From positions 87,264 to 151,263 of the forward strand of contig JBMORA010000013.1 in the NCBI GenBank assembly GCA_049320885.1: DNA of 64,000 nucleotides, written 5' to 3'. Of the stretch, positions 19,611-30,108 are shown in pieces (the first letter of the stretch is position 1; each line of letters begins with the position of its first letter). The translations under genes were made by a program, and so were the position numbers. The notes beneath the pieces are model-generated. The model saw nothing but the letters and a program-made list of their open reading frames with translations, was not told the origin of the DNA and ran no database searches. The DNA is from Thermodesulfobacteriota bacterium. GTDB lineage: Bacteria; Desulfobacterota; Desulfobacteria; Desulfobacterales; SURF-7.

Positions 19611-19707
19611 CCTTTCCCCTGGCCATTATTTGTGATTGACAGGTAGTCTGACCGATCATAAATCCATATAATCTGGCTGGACTCAAGATCGGACAAGGCA
19701 TTTGAGA

Positions 19708-20637
19708 ATGATGGATGATATTATTCCACTGACCGAAAGACTGCATCTGGTTGGTTCTCCCACGAAGGGCAAATTCCCCCAGGCCTTTTCCTTTCTGGTC
19801 ATGGGCACGGACACCCATGCCCTGATCGATACGGGCTGCGGTGAAAAGGCCTGCCGGGAGGTGATGGAAACCCATGGCGTGGACCTGATCATCAATTCCC
19901 ACTGCCACCCGGACCATGTATCCGGCAATCACCTGTTCGCCGGCAAGGAACTCTGGGTGCCCCGGGAACGCGCGGCGGAAACCGGCGCCATCGAACGCCT
20001 CGCCGGCCGGCTGGTCGGCCCGGACCCGATCATCATGGACGCCTGGAAACATTTCGTCCGCAAGGACCTCGGGATGCGCGATTACCGCCACACCGGCACC
20101 TTCGGCGACAAGCAGCGCCTGGATTTCGGCGGCATATCCCTCCTGGCGATCCACACCCCCGGCCACCTGGACGACCATTATTGTTTCCTGGAACCGGAAA
20201 ACAATGTGCTCCTGACTTTTGATGTGGATCTCACCACCTTCGGCCCTTTTTATGGAAATCCGGAAGCCGATCTCCCTTCTTTCAGGGCCTCCCTGGAAAA
20301 GATCCGGGCCATCGCGCCCAGCATGGTGGCATCCTCCCACCGCCTGCCGGTGCGCGACCGGATCGCGGAAGAACTCCAGGGCTTCGCGGTAAAAATCGAC
20401 AGAAATCAAGCCAGGGTAGCCGCCGTGCTGGATGTGCCGCGCAGTCTGGATGACATCTGCGCACTGAAGCCGATCTATGGAAAATACATCCCGGGTCTGG
20501 AAGTTATCTACGGTTTTTTCGAACGCCAGATGGTGGAAAAGCATTTGCAGGAAATGGCAGCGGCCGGACTGGTGGCGAACCGGGGAAATGCATTTGTTCT
20601 GATTGCTCAACACACACCCGGTTCCCGGGCGAGCTGA
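19708..20637 (+). CDS. MBL-fold metallo-hydrolase
   Basis: LIDTG, SHCHPDH, HTPGH and SSH motifs. Confidence 0.88.
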   Translation: MMDDIIPLTERLHLVGSPTKGKFPQAFSFLVMGTDTHALIDTGCGEKACREVMETHGVDLIINSHCHPDHVSGNHLFAGKELWVPRERAAETGAIERLAGRLVGPDPIIMDAWKHFVRKDLGMRDYRHTGTFGDKQRLDFGGISLLAIHTPGHLDDHYCFLEPENNVLLTFDVDLTTFGPFYGNPEADLPSFRASLEKIRAIAPSMVASSHRLPVRDRIAEELQGFAVKIDRNQARVAAVLDVPRSLDDICALKPIYGKYIPGLEVIYGFFERQMVEKHLQEMAAAGLVANRGNAFVLIAQHTPGSRAS

Positions 20638-20810
20638 GCAAAGAGTGATTTTCGTTGTTAACCGGCATGTTGATTCCATATCCGGTTCCGGATTTCCCCT
20701 TCGGCCGCGATTGACATTTTTTCTCGATTCCATTAATAAGTTCTATGTTCATGGATCGCTGAGGATACACAACGGCAACGGGGAGCCTGTTTCCCGACGG
20801 AGAACCGGTC

Positions 20811-21656
20811 ATCGAAATCATTTCATCCATTCAACAGATGCAGGATCGCTCCAACCGCCTGCGCCGAAACGGAAAAACCATTGTTTTCGTACCAACCATG
20901 GGCTTTCTGCACGACGGCCACCTGACCCTGCTGCGGGAAGGAAAAAAGCTGGGGGATGATCTGGTGCTGAGTATTTTCGTCAACCCGACCCAGTTCGGGC
21001 CCGCGGAGGATTTCGACGCCTACCCGCGGAACATGGAGCGGGATCTGGCCCTGGCCGAGGGGGCCGGCGTGAATGCCGTCTTCACACCCGACCGGTCTGA
21101 TCTTTATGGCGCCGGCTACCAGACATATGTCCAATTGGAAAATCTTCCCAACCACCTGTGTGGAATTTCCCGGCCGACCCATTTCCGGGGCGTCGCGACC
21201 GTTGTCGCCAAGCTCTTCAACATCGTCAAACCCCAGATCGCGATCTTCGGTCAAAAGGATTATCAGCAACTGGCTGTTATCCGGCGGATGGCCCGGGACC
21301 TGAACTTTGACATCGACATCCAGGGCAGCCCGACGGTGCGGGAAACCGACGGCCTGGCCATGAGCTCCCGCAACGCCTACCTATCCAGCGAGCAGCGGAA
21401 AAAAGCCGTCTGCCTTTTCCAGGCGTTGAACAAGGCCGGGGAATTGGTGAAAAATGGAGAAACATCCGCCGCAGTGATTCTGGACATGGTTCGGGGGTTG
21501 ATTCTTTCTCAAACGGAAACCCGCATCGATTATATTTCCCTCTGCGACCCGGACACCCTGGAGGAGATGACGGCCATCGACAGGCCCGCGCTCCTTGCCC
21601 TGGCGGTTTTTATGGGGAAAACCCGCCTGATTGACAACAAGCTGCTGGCTTTCTGA
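20811..21656 (+). CDS. panC: pantoate-beta-alanine ligase
   Basis: [44 protein letters not shown] and TRLIDN. First ATG is at 20838; an ATC start at 20811 is probable (see findings). Confidence 0.95.
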   Translation: MEIISSIQQMQDRSNRLRRNGKTIVFVPTMGFLHDGHLTLLREGKKLGDDLVLSIFVNPTQFGPAEDFDAYPRNMERDLALAEGAGVNAVFTPDRSDLYGAGYQTYVQLENLPNHLCGISRPTHFRGVATVVAKLFNIVKPQIAIFGQKDYQQLAVIRRMARDLNFDIDIQGSPTVRETDGLAMSSRNAYLSSEQRKKAVCLFQALNKAGELVKNGETSAAVILDMVRGLILSQTETRIDYISLCDPDTLEEMTAIDRPALLALAVFMGKTRLIDNKLLAF

Positions 21657-21717
21657 AGGGCGGCTGAGATCGGTTTATGAATACCATCACCCCCAACAAC
21701 GTTTCAAAGGAGACAGT

Positions 21718-22887
21718 ATGAGCAACGACAGTTATTTTTTTACTTCCGAATCGGTTACCGAAGGTCATCCGGATAAAGTCGCCGATGCGATCTCGGACTC
21801 GATTCTCGACGCCATAATGGCCAAGGACAAGAAATGCCGGGTGGCTTGTGAAACCCTGGTCACCACCGGTATCGCCTTCATCGCCGGCGAAATCACCACC
21901 GAATGTTACGTGGATATGCCCCAGATCGTCCGGGACACCATCAAGGAAATCGGCTACCATTCTTCGCAAATGGGTTTCGACTGGCGGACCTGCTCGGTGA
22001 TCACCAGTATCGACCATCAGAGCGAAGACATCGCCATCGGCGTCAACGTCGATCAAGGTCTTTTCAAGGAGCAGGGCGCCGGCGATCAGGGATTGATGTT
22101 CGGCTATGCCACCGATGAAACTCCCGAGCTGATGCCCATGCCCATCATGTTCGCCCACAAGCTGACCAAGCGGCTCGCCACGGTTCGGAAAAACGGGGCC
22201 CTCGATTTCCTGAGACCGGACGGCAAATCCCAGGTCACCATCCAGTATGAGGGTGACGATCCGAAACGGGTGGATACGGTGGTGGTTTCCACCCAGCACA
22301 AACCCGACATCACCTACGAGGATCTCAAGGAAGCCGTCATCGAAGAGGTCATCAAGAAAGTGATCCCCCCGGAATTGATTGACGGCGACACGCGCTATTT
22401 CATCAATCCCACCGGAAAATTCATCATCGGCGGCCCCATGGGCGACTGCGGCCTGACCGGCAGAAAAATCATCGTCGATACCTATGGCGGGCAGGGAAGG
22501 CACGGCGGCGGTTGTTTTTCCGGCAAGGACCCCTCCAAGGTGGACCGCAGCGCAGCCTATATGGGCAGATATATCGCCAAGAACATCGTTGCCGCCGGAC
22601 TGGCCAGAAAATGCGAGATCCAGGTGGCCTATGCCATCGGCGTGGCCCAGCCGGTATCCATCCTGGTCAATACCATGGGTACGGAAAAAATTCCGCGGAA
22701 CCGGATTGTCGAAATCGTCCGGGAAGTATTCGACCTGCGACCCGCGGCGATCATCGAAAAGCTCGATCTGCTGCGGCCCATCTACCGCAAGACGGCCGCT
22801 TACGGGCATTTCGGCCGCTCGGAACCGGAATTCAGCTGGGAAAAAACCGATATGATCGATATCATCAAGGGCAAAGCGGGGAAATAA
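21718..22887 (+). CDS. metK: S-adenosylmethionine synthetase
   Basis: [19 protein letters not shown] and [25 protein letters not shown]. Confidence 0.97.
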   Translation: MSNDSYFFTSESVTEGHPDKVADAISDSILDAIMAKDKKCRVACETLVTTGIAFIAGEITTECYVDMPQIVRDTIKEIGYHSSQMGFDWRTCSVITSIDHQSEDIAIGVNVDQGLFKEQGAGDQGLMFGYATDETPELMPMPIMFAHKLTKRLATVRKNGALDFLRPDGKSQVTIQYEGDDPKRVDTVVVSTQHKPDITYEDLKEAVIEEVIKKVIPPELIDGDTRYFINPTGKFIIGGPMGDCGLTGRKIIVDTYGGQGRHGGGCFSGKDPSKVDRSAAYMGRYIAKNIVAAGLARKCEIQVAYAIGVAQPVSILVNTMGTEKIPRNRIVEIVREVFDLRPAAIIEKLDLLRPIYRKTAAYGHFGRSEPEFSWEKTDMIDIIKGKAGK

Positions 22888-22893
22888 TAAACT

Positions 22894-22924
22894 GGCGGAA
22901 GATGGCAGGCTGCCATCTTCCGCC
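22894..22924. terminator. hairpin between convergent genes (likely terminator)
   Basis: GGCGGAAGATGGCAG-G-CTGCCATCTTCCGCC, a near-perfect palindrome just after the metK stop. Confidence 0.7.
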
Positions 22925-22933
22925 CCTCTATTA

Positions 22934-23743
22934 TTATTCTTTCACTTTTTCATCCCGTACTTTATTCCAGCGCACCCATTCGTTTTCATCCGCCTGAATG
23001 GAAAACCGGAACGGTTTCGAGGTCGTACCGTCCGGATGAATGTTGATCTGCTGCATGTTTTTCAGAATATGCATCCATTCCGTCACGGATACGCGCCGCG
23101 GTCCGGGTATGGGGCGGGGACCGCCCACCGGACGGGGTCCGGAAACCGGCTTGGACTCTTTCAGCTGCTGAAAAGCGGCGGTTGTCTCATCTGCCTGGGC
23201 CCTGCTTTGAACCACGACCTCACCCCGGTACACCTTCACCTCCGCCGAATCATCCGCATTGACATTCATCCGGTAGGTCGTCCCGCGAACACCGGCGACC
23301 GCCGTCTTGGTGCTCAGGGCAAACCGGCCGCGGTTGGAAAACAGACGCGACACCTTGGCCCAGGCCTTTCCCAGGATGACCCGGACACGGATATCCCGCC
23401 GTTGATCCGTTTGGTCCAAGTCCACGGTTTCCAGTTCAAAGGAGGTGTCTTCATCAAAGCGGATAAAACTGTTGTCCGGCAGTTTGACTTCAATCCGGGA
23501 GTTTTTTCCGGTTCGAATCCGGTCTCCCCGGGAAAGGGTCTGACCCTGGGACAGGGACTTGATGATCTGACCGTCTATTGAAATCAGGGTCGCCGTTCCC
23601 GAAAGATAGGTGATGGTTGCATTGCCCCGCCCCATTTTGATGACGGCGGGCTGACCGGCGGACACCGGATGGTTGTGCGACACACCGGCCGCCATCATCC
23701 CGAACACCGCAATCCACGCAATCCATATGATCCTTTGATTCAT
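22934..23743 (-). CDS. FecR-domain secreted protein
   Basis: Signal peptide; GDRIRTGKNSRIE..PDNSFIR and TKTAVAGVRGT FecR motifs. Confidence 0.85.
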   Translation of the reverse strand: MNQRIIWIAWIAVFGMMAAGVSHNHPVSAGQPAVIKMGRGNATITYLSGTATLISIDGQIIKSLSQGQTLSRGDRIRTGKNSRIEVKLPDNSFIRFDEDTSFELETVDLDQTDQRRDIRVRVILGKAWAKVSRLFSNRGRFALSTKTAVAGVRGTTYRMNVNADDSAEVKVYRGEVVVQSRAQADETTAAFQQLKESKPVSGPRPVGGPRPIPGPRRVSVTEWMHILKNMQQINIHPDGTTSKPFRFSIQADENEWVRWNKVRDEKVKE

Positions 23744-23762
23744 GTCTCTCCTTGTTTGATGC

Positions 23763-24617
23763 TCAATTCATTGCAATCATGACCCGGCACTGCTTCAGCA
23801 GAGAAAGATTTTCGGAAGAACTCCTCAATTTAGCGGCATCGGCATTGCTGATGACGATATCCGACCGCCCCTCCCCTTCCGCCCGCAGCCCCTTGACCAC
23901 CAAAGGGTTGCCCGCCACGCGGGAATCCTCCATGGCGCTTTTGAGCTCGGTGGCGTATCCGCACATGCCCTGCTGAATCGCATTTTCCCGGCTGACATAG
24001 GCGGCGCCGTAGACTTCCTGCCCGCCCTCATCCAGAATTCGCGGCGACATGGCCGGTTTGGCGCCTAGCCCGAGGGCGTCCACCACCAATCCGGTGAATC
24101 CCTGAGCCAGACTTCCGGATTCCGTTCCCGCAGCCCCGGTTGCCGGCGGCTGGGTTTTGATCGGTTCAACCTGTTTTATATCCTGGGGCAGCATCAATTG
24201 GGCGAACCCGCCGCCCAGATTCATTTCCACGGTTACCTCCACCGTGCCGTCTTCAAAATACTCCGTCTTGGTGACCCGAGCGCCCTGGATCATACCGTTC
24301 ACCTGGGTGCGAACGGTATCGTCCGTCAGCATGAAATTCTCAACCGTGGTACTGGATTGAAGCTGAATCCCCTTGACCACCTCCATCAGATTCCGGTAGG
24401 CCACGATTCGGGCCGCGGTGATGGCCATGGGCCGGGCCTGGGGTTTTCCATAGGACCATTCCGGCGGCGCGCCGATACCCACCGCGCTCACGATATTGCT
24501 GCTCCAGTTGACGCTGCCATTGTCCATTTTTTCCACATACTGGCCTTGATCCCCGCAAAAACCTGTCTGCAAAAAAAACAGCCAGACTGCAATCACGATT
24601 ACCGCAAGACGTTTCAT
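23763..24617 (-). CDS. LPP20-like exported protein
   Basis: Signal peptide; AVGIGAPP..AITAARIVAYRNLME and FTGLVVDA motifs. Confidence 0.7.
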   Translation of the reverse strand: MKRLAVIVIAVWLFFLQTGFCGDQGQYVEKMDNGSVNWSSNIVSAVGIGAPPEWSYGKPQARPMAITAARIVAYRNLMEVVKGIQLQSSTTVENFMLTDDTVRTQVNGMIQGARVTKTEYFEDGTVEVTVEMNLGGGFAQLMLPQDIKQVEPIKTQPPATGAAGTESGSLAQGFTGLVVDALGLGAKPAMSPRILDEGGQEVYGAAYVSRENAIQQGMCGYATELKSAMEDSRVAGNPLVVKGLRAEGEGRSDIVISNADAAKLRSSSENLSLLKQCRVMIAMN

Positions 24618-24665
24618 ATGCCCCCCTTCTTCTGCGTATCCAAATCATTCCGCTTGGATGATGTA

Positions 24666-25358
24666 TCAGCCCGTTGCGTTGGTATATTTTCGTTTCAGTT
24701 TCTGCAAATCCAGAATCTGGATATGATTGCCCTTCATGGTGATCACCTTTTTCTCCTTCAGGGCGCGCAGTTCCTTGTTGATGCTCTCGCGCGTCGCGCC
24801 GATCATGTCCCCTAGCTCCTTCTGGGTAAGGGACAGCTCGATGTGGATTCCCGTCTCGTCTTTCCGGCCATGGGAAAGCGCCAGCTCCACAAGCTTTTTG
24901 GCCAGGCGGATGGAAATGCTTAAAAAACAAGTGTCTTCCAGCATTTCATCCGTGGAGCGCAACCGTTTCGACAACAGGGCCAGAATGGACTTGATGGCAT
25001 TGAGATTGGATTGAAGAAAATGCAAAAAGTCGTTTCGGCGCAATACCAGCACTTCCGACGCGTCGATGGCGATGGCATCCGCCGATCGCGGTTCACCGTC
25101 CAGCAGCGACATCTCCCCGAAAAACTCCCCTTCCGGTAAAATGGTCACAATGATTTCATCGCCGATGCGGGACGGCAATACGATTTTAATGGTCCCGCGC
25201 CGGACGATATACAACGCCGTGCCCTCATCACCCTTATGAAACAAGGTCTGGCCGGGTTTGAGGGACATGAGTCGTGTCGATGTGGCCAGGCTGGTCAGAT
25301 CCGACTCCTCCAGCGACGCGAAAAGCGGAATCTGCCTTATCAGGTCTATCGTTCCCAC
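24666..25358 (-). CDS. Crp/Fnr family transcriptional regulator (cAMP-binding type)
   Basis: Phosphate-binding cassette FGEMSLLDGEPRSA; HTH LTQKELGDMIGATRESINK. GTG start inferred after AAAGG. Confidence 0.92.
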   Translation of the reverse strand: MGTIDLIRQIPLFASLEESDLTSLATSTRLMSLKPGQTLFHKGDEGTALYIVRRGTIKIVLPSRIGDEIIVTILPEGEFFGEMSLLDGEPRSADAIAIDASEVLVLRRNDFLHFLQSNLNAIKSILALLSKRLRSTDEMLEDTCFLSISIRLAKKLVELALSHGRKDETGIHIELSLTQKELGDMIGATRESINKELRALKEKKVITMKGNHIQILDLQKLKRKYTNATG

Positions 25359-25512
25359 AATTATTGAACCTTTCTGAATCCAAACAGCTTCGGTTTGCCC
25401 TGGGTGTTTTCTGCCAACCTCCACCGGAAATCCGGTCCCGGATTCCATCCCGGATGGAACAAACCCGGAAACCGCTCCATGGACTTGTTTTTATCGTCTT
25501 TCCATAAATCCA

Positions 25513-27171
25513 TCAACTGTTCAATGAAACAATTTGGATTCCATGGTAATAATATGTTAAAATATCTCGATAATTCGACCCAAGCCGGGCCATTTGTTTG
25601 GCCCCCCACTGGCTCATGCCGACTCCATGGCCGTATCCGCGACCCTTAAGCCGGACGCCTCCGACGGAAGGCAGGATATGGAACAGCGTGCTTTTGACGA
25701 TGTTCTCTCCCATGGTCATTCGGAAATTACTGCTGGAAAAAGGCGTTATCCCCTTATCCGATACCACCAGAACCCGCAGATTCCGTCCGGAACGTGACTT
25801 CCCCTCCAAATTCAATTGCGCCACCTTTCCAATCCCCAAGCCGCAGCGTCTCAACCGCCGGGTAATTTCCTCATATGTCAAAAAGCACTCCCAGTCCTCA
25901 TTGGTGGAACCGTTGCTGAACCGGTCGGGGATGCCGCGCAGATATGGAATTCTGGCGTTCCAGACATGGCGGGGGTCTTCCGTGTGCCCCCCGCTGTTGG
26001 AATGATAATAAGCGGCGATCAGGCGGCCATCATGGGTCATGACCTGCCCCCTGGTTTTATCCACTGCCCGATTGGTCCGCCTGGTTTCCGCAAGCAGACC
26101 GCCGTAAACCTGGGAAACCGTATTTGCCGCCACATCATACGGATTCCGCTCATTTTTTTCCTTCATGTACAAGGCGTATGTCCTGGCGGCCACGGCCTGG
26201 GCCATCAGGGCTTCCATGGGCCAATCGGACGGCATCTCCCCCGGAATGACACCATACAGATACTGCTCCGTGGGAACATGGTTGACAGCCATAAGGCCGC
26301 CGGCAGTCGCTGAAACGGTAATGTCGCCCCGGTAGGATCGGCCGTTCACTTCCAGCTCCCGGGCGGCGGATATCACCCGGCAATGAGCGGCCGAAATGGG
26401 TCGGCCGTTCAGGATCAAGTGCTTGGATCGCCGGCCCAGAATGACGGGCCCCCAGCCGGAGTAAACCCGTTTTCGCCCGTCAGCCGAAGTGGCCAGTAAC
26501 GGCTGGGTGGAAGAAATTCGAATGCTGTCGGCATCCTTGTGCGTGAGTACCCGCAAAACCGGTTCCATCCCCGCCCGGAGACGTGCCTTGGGTTTTGCCG
26601 GCTTTGGATGGGAGGACACCATCGCCTTGACGGGAGCTGCAGGCTTCATCAGCGGCTCGGCAATATCGGCCCATACGGCGGCGGATTTGAAGCGCATGCC
26701 GTCCGGATACTCCCGGCGGTATCGAGTAAAGACGCTGTGGGCGTTTGTGTAGTCCCCCTTGTTGAAATAGGTCATGCCGCTGCTGAAGAGGGCGTCCGAC
26801 GCGGCCGGACTCCCCGGATAGGTTGCCATGATATTGTCAAAATATGCCAGGGCGATATCATGTTGATCCAGGTAGGAGCCGTAGGTCTCGCCGATGAGCA
26901 GGAGCGCCTTTGCCTTGATGTCCGGATCGGTGGTATGTTCGACCAGTTCCTGGAGGCGGCCGAGGGCTTCCAAATACCAGCCCTTGTTCAGCAGGGTCTC
27001 CGCGCGCTGGATCAAGGCGGCATCATTTCCGGCAAAAGCCGGTTCCAGCAGCAGGAAAAAGCAGATCAGCCATAGTCCTGCTCGAAAAAAAAAGGTCGGA
27101 TTCATCCGGGAACGATGCCGGGTTCTCTTCCAACAATTCATGGTGACCCTGTGCTTCATGGGGGGAGACAT
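25513..27171 (-). CDS. SpoIID/LytB-domain peptidoglycan lytic enzyme with N-terminal TPRs
   Basis: TPR helices, then EQYLYGVIPGEMP, AQAVAARTY, SQVYGG and GYGHGVGMSQWGA. Start uncertain. Confidence 0.9.
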   Translation of the reverse strand: MSPPMKHRVTMNCWKRTRHRSRMNPTFFFRAGLWLICFFLLLEPAFAGNDAALIQRAETLLNKGWYLEALGRLQELVEHTTDPDIKAKALLLIGETYGSYLDQHDIALAYFDNIMATYPGSPAASDALFSSGMTYFNKGDYTNAHSVFTRYRREYPDGMRFKSAAVWADIAEPLMKPAAPVKAMVSSHPKPAKPKARLRAGMEPVLRVLTHKDADSIRISSTQPLLATSADGRKRVYSGWGPVILGRRSKHLILNGRPISAAHCRVISAARELEVNGRSYRGDITVSATAGGLMAVNHVPTEQYLYGVIPGEMPSDWPMEALMAQAVAARTYALYMKEKNERNPYDVAANTVSQVYGGLLAETRRTNRAVDKTRGQVMTHDGRLIAAYYHSNSGGHTEDPRHVWNARIPYLRGIPDRFSNGSTNEDWECFLTYEEITRRLRRCGLGIGKVAQLNLEGKSRSGRNLRVLVVSDKGITPFSSSNFRMTMGENIVKSTLFHILPSVGGVRLKGRGYGHGVGMSQWGAKQMARLGSNYRDILTYYYHGIQIVSLNS

Positions 27172-29445
27172 TTATTTGCTGCTCAAGGAAAAGGCGCCGC
27201 TCCAATCTGCGGGAGGCGGCTGCTGCTGATATGCCTCGGCTCGACGCAACATGGTTTTGCTGGGACCATCCTGGGGAACGATTTCCAGCGCTTTCTGAAA
27301 ACAGTCGCAAGCCCGCTGCCATTCCCTGGACCGGTATGCGGACAATCCCCGGGCATACAGATCCGCCATTTCCGTGGTCGCACGGCTCACGTTTTCGGGG
27401 AAACCAAGGGGTTCGTAAATGGTGATGGGTTTCTGCTTTCCCACCACGAGGATGCTGTCGATTTCCCGGCAGATGATTTGGTCTTCCAGACGCGCCCTCG
27501 TCGAATCACCGATCAGGATATACACGCCGTAGACTTTGTTGACACCCTCGAGGCGGGCGGCGGTATTCACCGTGTCCCCCATCATCGTATAGTCCATCCG
27601 GTTTTTCGATCCCATGTTTCCCACCACCGCCGGACCGGAGCAGAGTCCGATCCGCATGTTCATTTCCGGCCAGCGTTTTTCGCGCCACTGCGTTCGCAGG
27701 GTGACAAGGCGCGCCTGCATTTCCAGGCTGGCAACGGTTGCTGTCCGGGCGTGATTCGCAAGGACGTTGGGCGCCCCGAAAAACGCGATGATGGCGTCCC
27801 CCTCGAATTTGTCCACCGTGCCTTCATGCCGTAAAATAATATCGGTCATTTCCGTCAAAAACTCGTTCAGCAATTCCACCAGCGACGTGGGTGACATGCT
27901 TTCGGAGATGCTGGTAAACCCCTGAACATCTGAAAAAAATGCCGTTATATCCCGTTGTTCGCCCCCCAATTCCACCCGGTCGGGGGACTCGATCAGCTGC
28001 TTTACCACCGTGGGAGCCAGGTATTTTGAAAACGTATTCTGAATGAACCGTTTTTTCCCCTCTTCCACGAAGTATTTATAGGCAGTAACCCCCATATAGA
28101 CCAGCAGAATCGTCAGCACCGGGTACACCAGGCTCAGGACCATCCCAAGAGCGGCAAAGAGCCAGACACCCAGAAAGACATACCCCGTCACCAGGAGGAT
28201 ACCGGTGACGGCGCCGAAAACCACCCCTGCCCGGGTCAGGACAAATCCCAGGAAAAGGCCGCAGACCAGGATCACCAGAGCCTCCAGAATCTGATAGTAC
28301 TCCGGTCGATAGAGAAAATCCTGCGCCAGGATGCTGTCGATCACCGTGGCGTGAATTTCCGGTCCCGGATAAGTGGCGGAAAAAGGGGTCGCCCTTATGT
28401 CGCCCGTCGCCACGGCCGTGGCTCCCACAATAACGATCTTGTCGCGCAATTCTTCGGCTGGTATGCGGCCATGGAGAATATCGGTGACGGATTTATACGG
28501 AAACAGATGGTCCTCTCCCCGGAAATTAATCATCATACGTCCATGACCATCCGTCGGTATGCAAATCCGGTCGCCGATGCAGGCGGACAGCACCTGACCG
28601 TAATCCCCGATTTCCAGATGCAGCGGGAGATCGAAATACGCGGAAAGCGCCATGAGCGACAGCGGTGCATAGAATTTCCCTTCGTTGTACTGCAGCACCG
28701 TCTCCAGCCGGCGGGTGATTCCGTCCATGTCCGGAGAAAAATTGAAATATCCGGTGTACCCGGCCGCCTCGGAAAGCAGCCGGATCACCGGCTCCGGAAA
28801 AATGGTCATCACCTTTTCCAGATCAAGGCCCACTCCGGTTTCGGATAAATGGGTGTATTGATACCGTGAAAAACGGATATCCTCTTCCTTGCGCTGAATG
28901 TCGGCCGCATCCAGGTGTTTGACATCTTGGATTCCCTTTGCCTTGTGAAAAAACCAACCCAGCACCACCTTGGCCTTGGAGTTTTGGATGGCCGTGGCCA
29001 GCAACCGGTCGTTATCCGATTGCGTCTTGATCTCTTCCAGATAGGCATTCAATTCGGATGGGCAGGATTTTTTCCAGGCGGCATGGGACTGAATTCGCTC
29101 TATGGCCAGAATCACCCGCTGGTCATCCGGCTCATTGAAGCCGATATCAAAGGCAACGACCCTGGCCCCGGCTTCGGACAACCGATCGATCAGGGCGGCG
29201 ATCTTGGATCGGGGCCATACCCAGCGGCCTTCCTGATCCAGGCTTTTTTCATCAATGGCGGCCAGCACCACCTCCGGCCCCGGTTTTTTTTCAGCCCGCA
29301 GCTGAAACCGCAGATCGATGGTTTTATAATCAACAATTTCTATAAATTCGAATGGAAAAAAATAAACCAGCAGTACAGTCACGGTCAGAAAACCAGCGAT
29401 CAGCAATACCGGATGGCGGGTGAATATATTCGGATGCCTGGCCAT
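27172..29445 (-). CDS. CHASE2-domain class III adenylate cyclase with C-terminal TPR
   Basis: CHASE2 motifs (AIDEKSL..GRWVWPR, DGITRR, PGPEIHAT), three TMs, FSDVQGFT, DKFEGDA and DYTMMGDTVNTAARLE (Lys/Thr typical of ATP specificity). Confidence 0.93.
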   Translation of the reverse strand: MARHPNIFTRHPVLLIAGFLTVTVLLVYFFPFEFIEIVDYKTIDLRFQLRAEKKPGPEVVLAAIDEKSLDQEGRWVWPRSKIAALIDRLSEAGARVVAFDIGFNEPDDQRVILAIERIQSHAAWKKSCPSELNAYLEEIKTQSDNDRLLATAIQNSKAKVVLGWFFHKAKGIQDVKHLDAADIQRKEEDIRFSRYQYTHLSETGVGLDLEKVMTIFPEPVIRLLSEAAGYTGYFNFSPDMDGITRRLETVLQYNEGKFYAPLSLMALSAYFDLPLHLEIGDYGQVLSACIGDRICIPTDGHGRMMINFRGEDHLFPYKSVTDILHGRIPAEELRDKIVIVGATAVATGDIRATPFSATYPGPEIHATVIDSILAQDFLYRPEYYQILEALVILVCGLFLGFVLTRAGVVFGAVTGILLVTGYVFLGVWLFAALGMVLSLVYPVLTILLVYMGVTAYKYFVEEGKKRFIQNTFSKYLAPTVVKQLIESPDRVELGGEQRDITAFFSDVQGFTSISESMSPTSLVELLNEFLTEMTDIILRHEGTVDKFEGDAIIAFFGAPNVLANHARTATVASLEMQARLVTLRTQWREKRWPEMNMRIGLCSGPAVVGNMGSKNRMDYTMMGDTVNTAARLEGVNKVYGVYILIGDSTRARLEDQIICREIDSILVVGKQKPITIYEPLGFPENVSRATTEMADLYARGLSAYRSREWQRACDCFQKALEIVPQDGPSKTMLRRAEAYQQQPPPADWSGAFSLSSK

Positions 29446-29471
29446 GAATCCCCGTTTTTAGATTCTATCCT

Positions 29472-29517
29472 GTTGACCTGATTCACATTTTATATTGTAA
29501 GACGCCATCGAAGTCAA
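29472..29517 (-). promoter_or_regulatory. putative sigma-70 promoter with an overlapping Crp-like site
   Basis: Minus strand TTGACT-N17-TATAAA, immediately followed by AAATGTGA-N6-TCAAC. Confidence 0.5.
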
Positions 29518-29683
29518 CCATTGCATGCCGACGCCGGAGGAAGGGCGATGGAAATGCCGCCCATTGGGATTTCGGAGCCGGATCATCCCCCATCCAAAAA
29601 CGGGCGCGGCCATCAATTCTTCATTTTCTCCCCGCTGAATTTTTGATATACACACAGACCATGTCATTTAATGAGGATCACCG

Positions 29684-30085
29684 ATGAATACCCTGTATCT
29701 GAGCGTTGCGGGATGTTTTTTACTGGGCTCCGGCGGATATGTCCTGTTTCATTTCTGGCTGCGCCCGATCTGGCGATACCGTTCCATCAAACATCAGGTG
29801 GTCCGGGATATCGCCGCCTATTTGAATTCCATCAGCGACGAAATCGAAGGAGTCTTCGTCAGCACCAGCGCCAATGAAAAAATCGCGGCCATCCGGCATC
29901 ATGCTGCGGCGCTTACGGATTGCTACCGGGAGGCCCTGCCGGATTGGTACCGGGTGCTGCTGAACAGCCGCGGAGAATCTCCGGAGGACGCGGCCAAACA
30001 TCTGTTCGGCCTCTCCAACACGCGCAATTACGAGCACGCCAGAAGCCGGGTCGGAAAAATCAGACATACCCTGAAAATCGGATAA
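29684..30085 (+). CDS. hypothetical membrane-anchored protein
   Basis: RBS GAGGA, N-terminal TM segment and a helical remainder. Confidence 0.65.
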   Translation: MNTLYLSVAGCFLLGSGGYVLFHFWLRPIWRYRSIKHQVVRDIAAYLNSISDEIEGVFVSTSANEKIAAIRHHAAALTDCYREALPDWYRVLLNSRGESPEDAAKHLFGLSNTRNYEHARSRVGKIRHTLKIG

Positions 30086-30108
30086 CCCAGCCCCAGTACC
30101 GGCAACCG

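Noticed and set aside
19333..19696. Short ORFs overlapping the MITE/REP element
   Set aside because: They are translations of the palindrome (VIPAKAGIQ, LDSRLRG), typical spurious calls.
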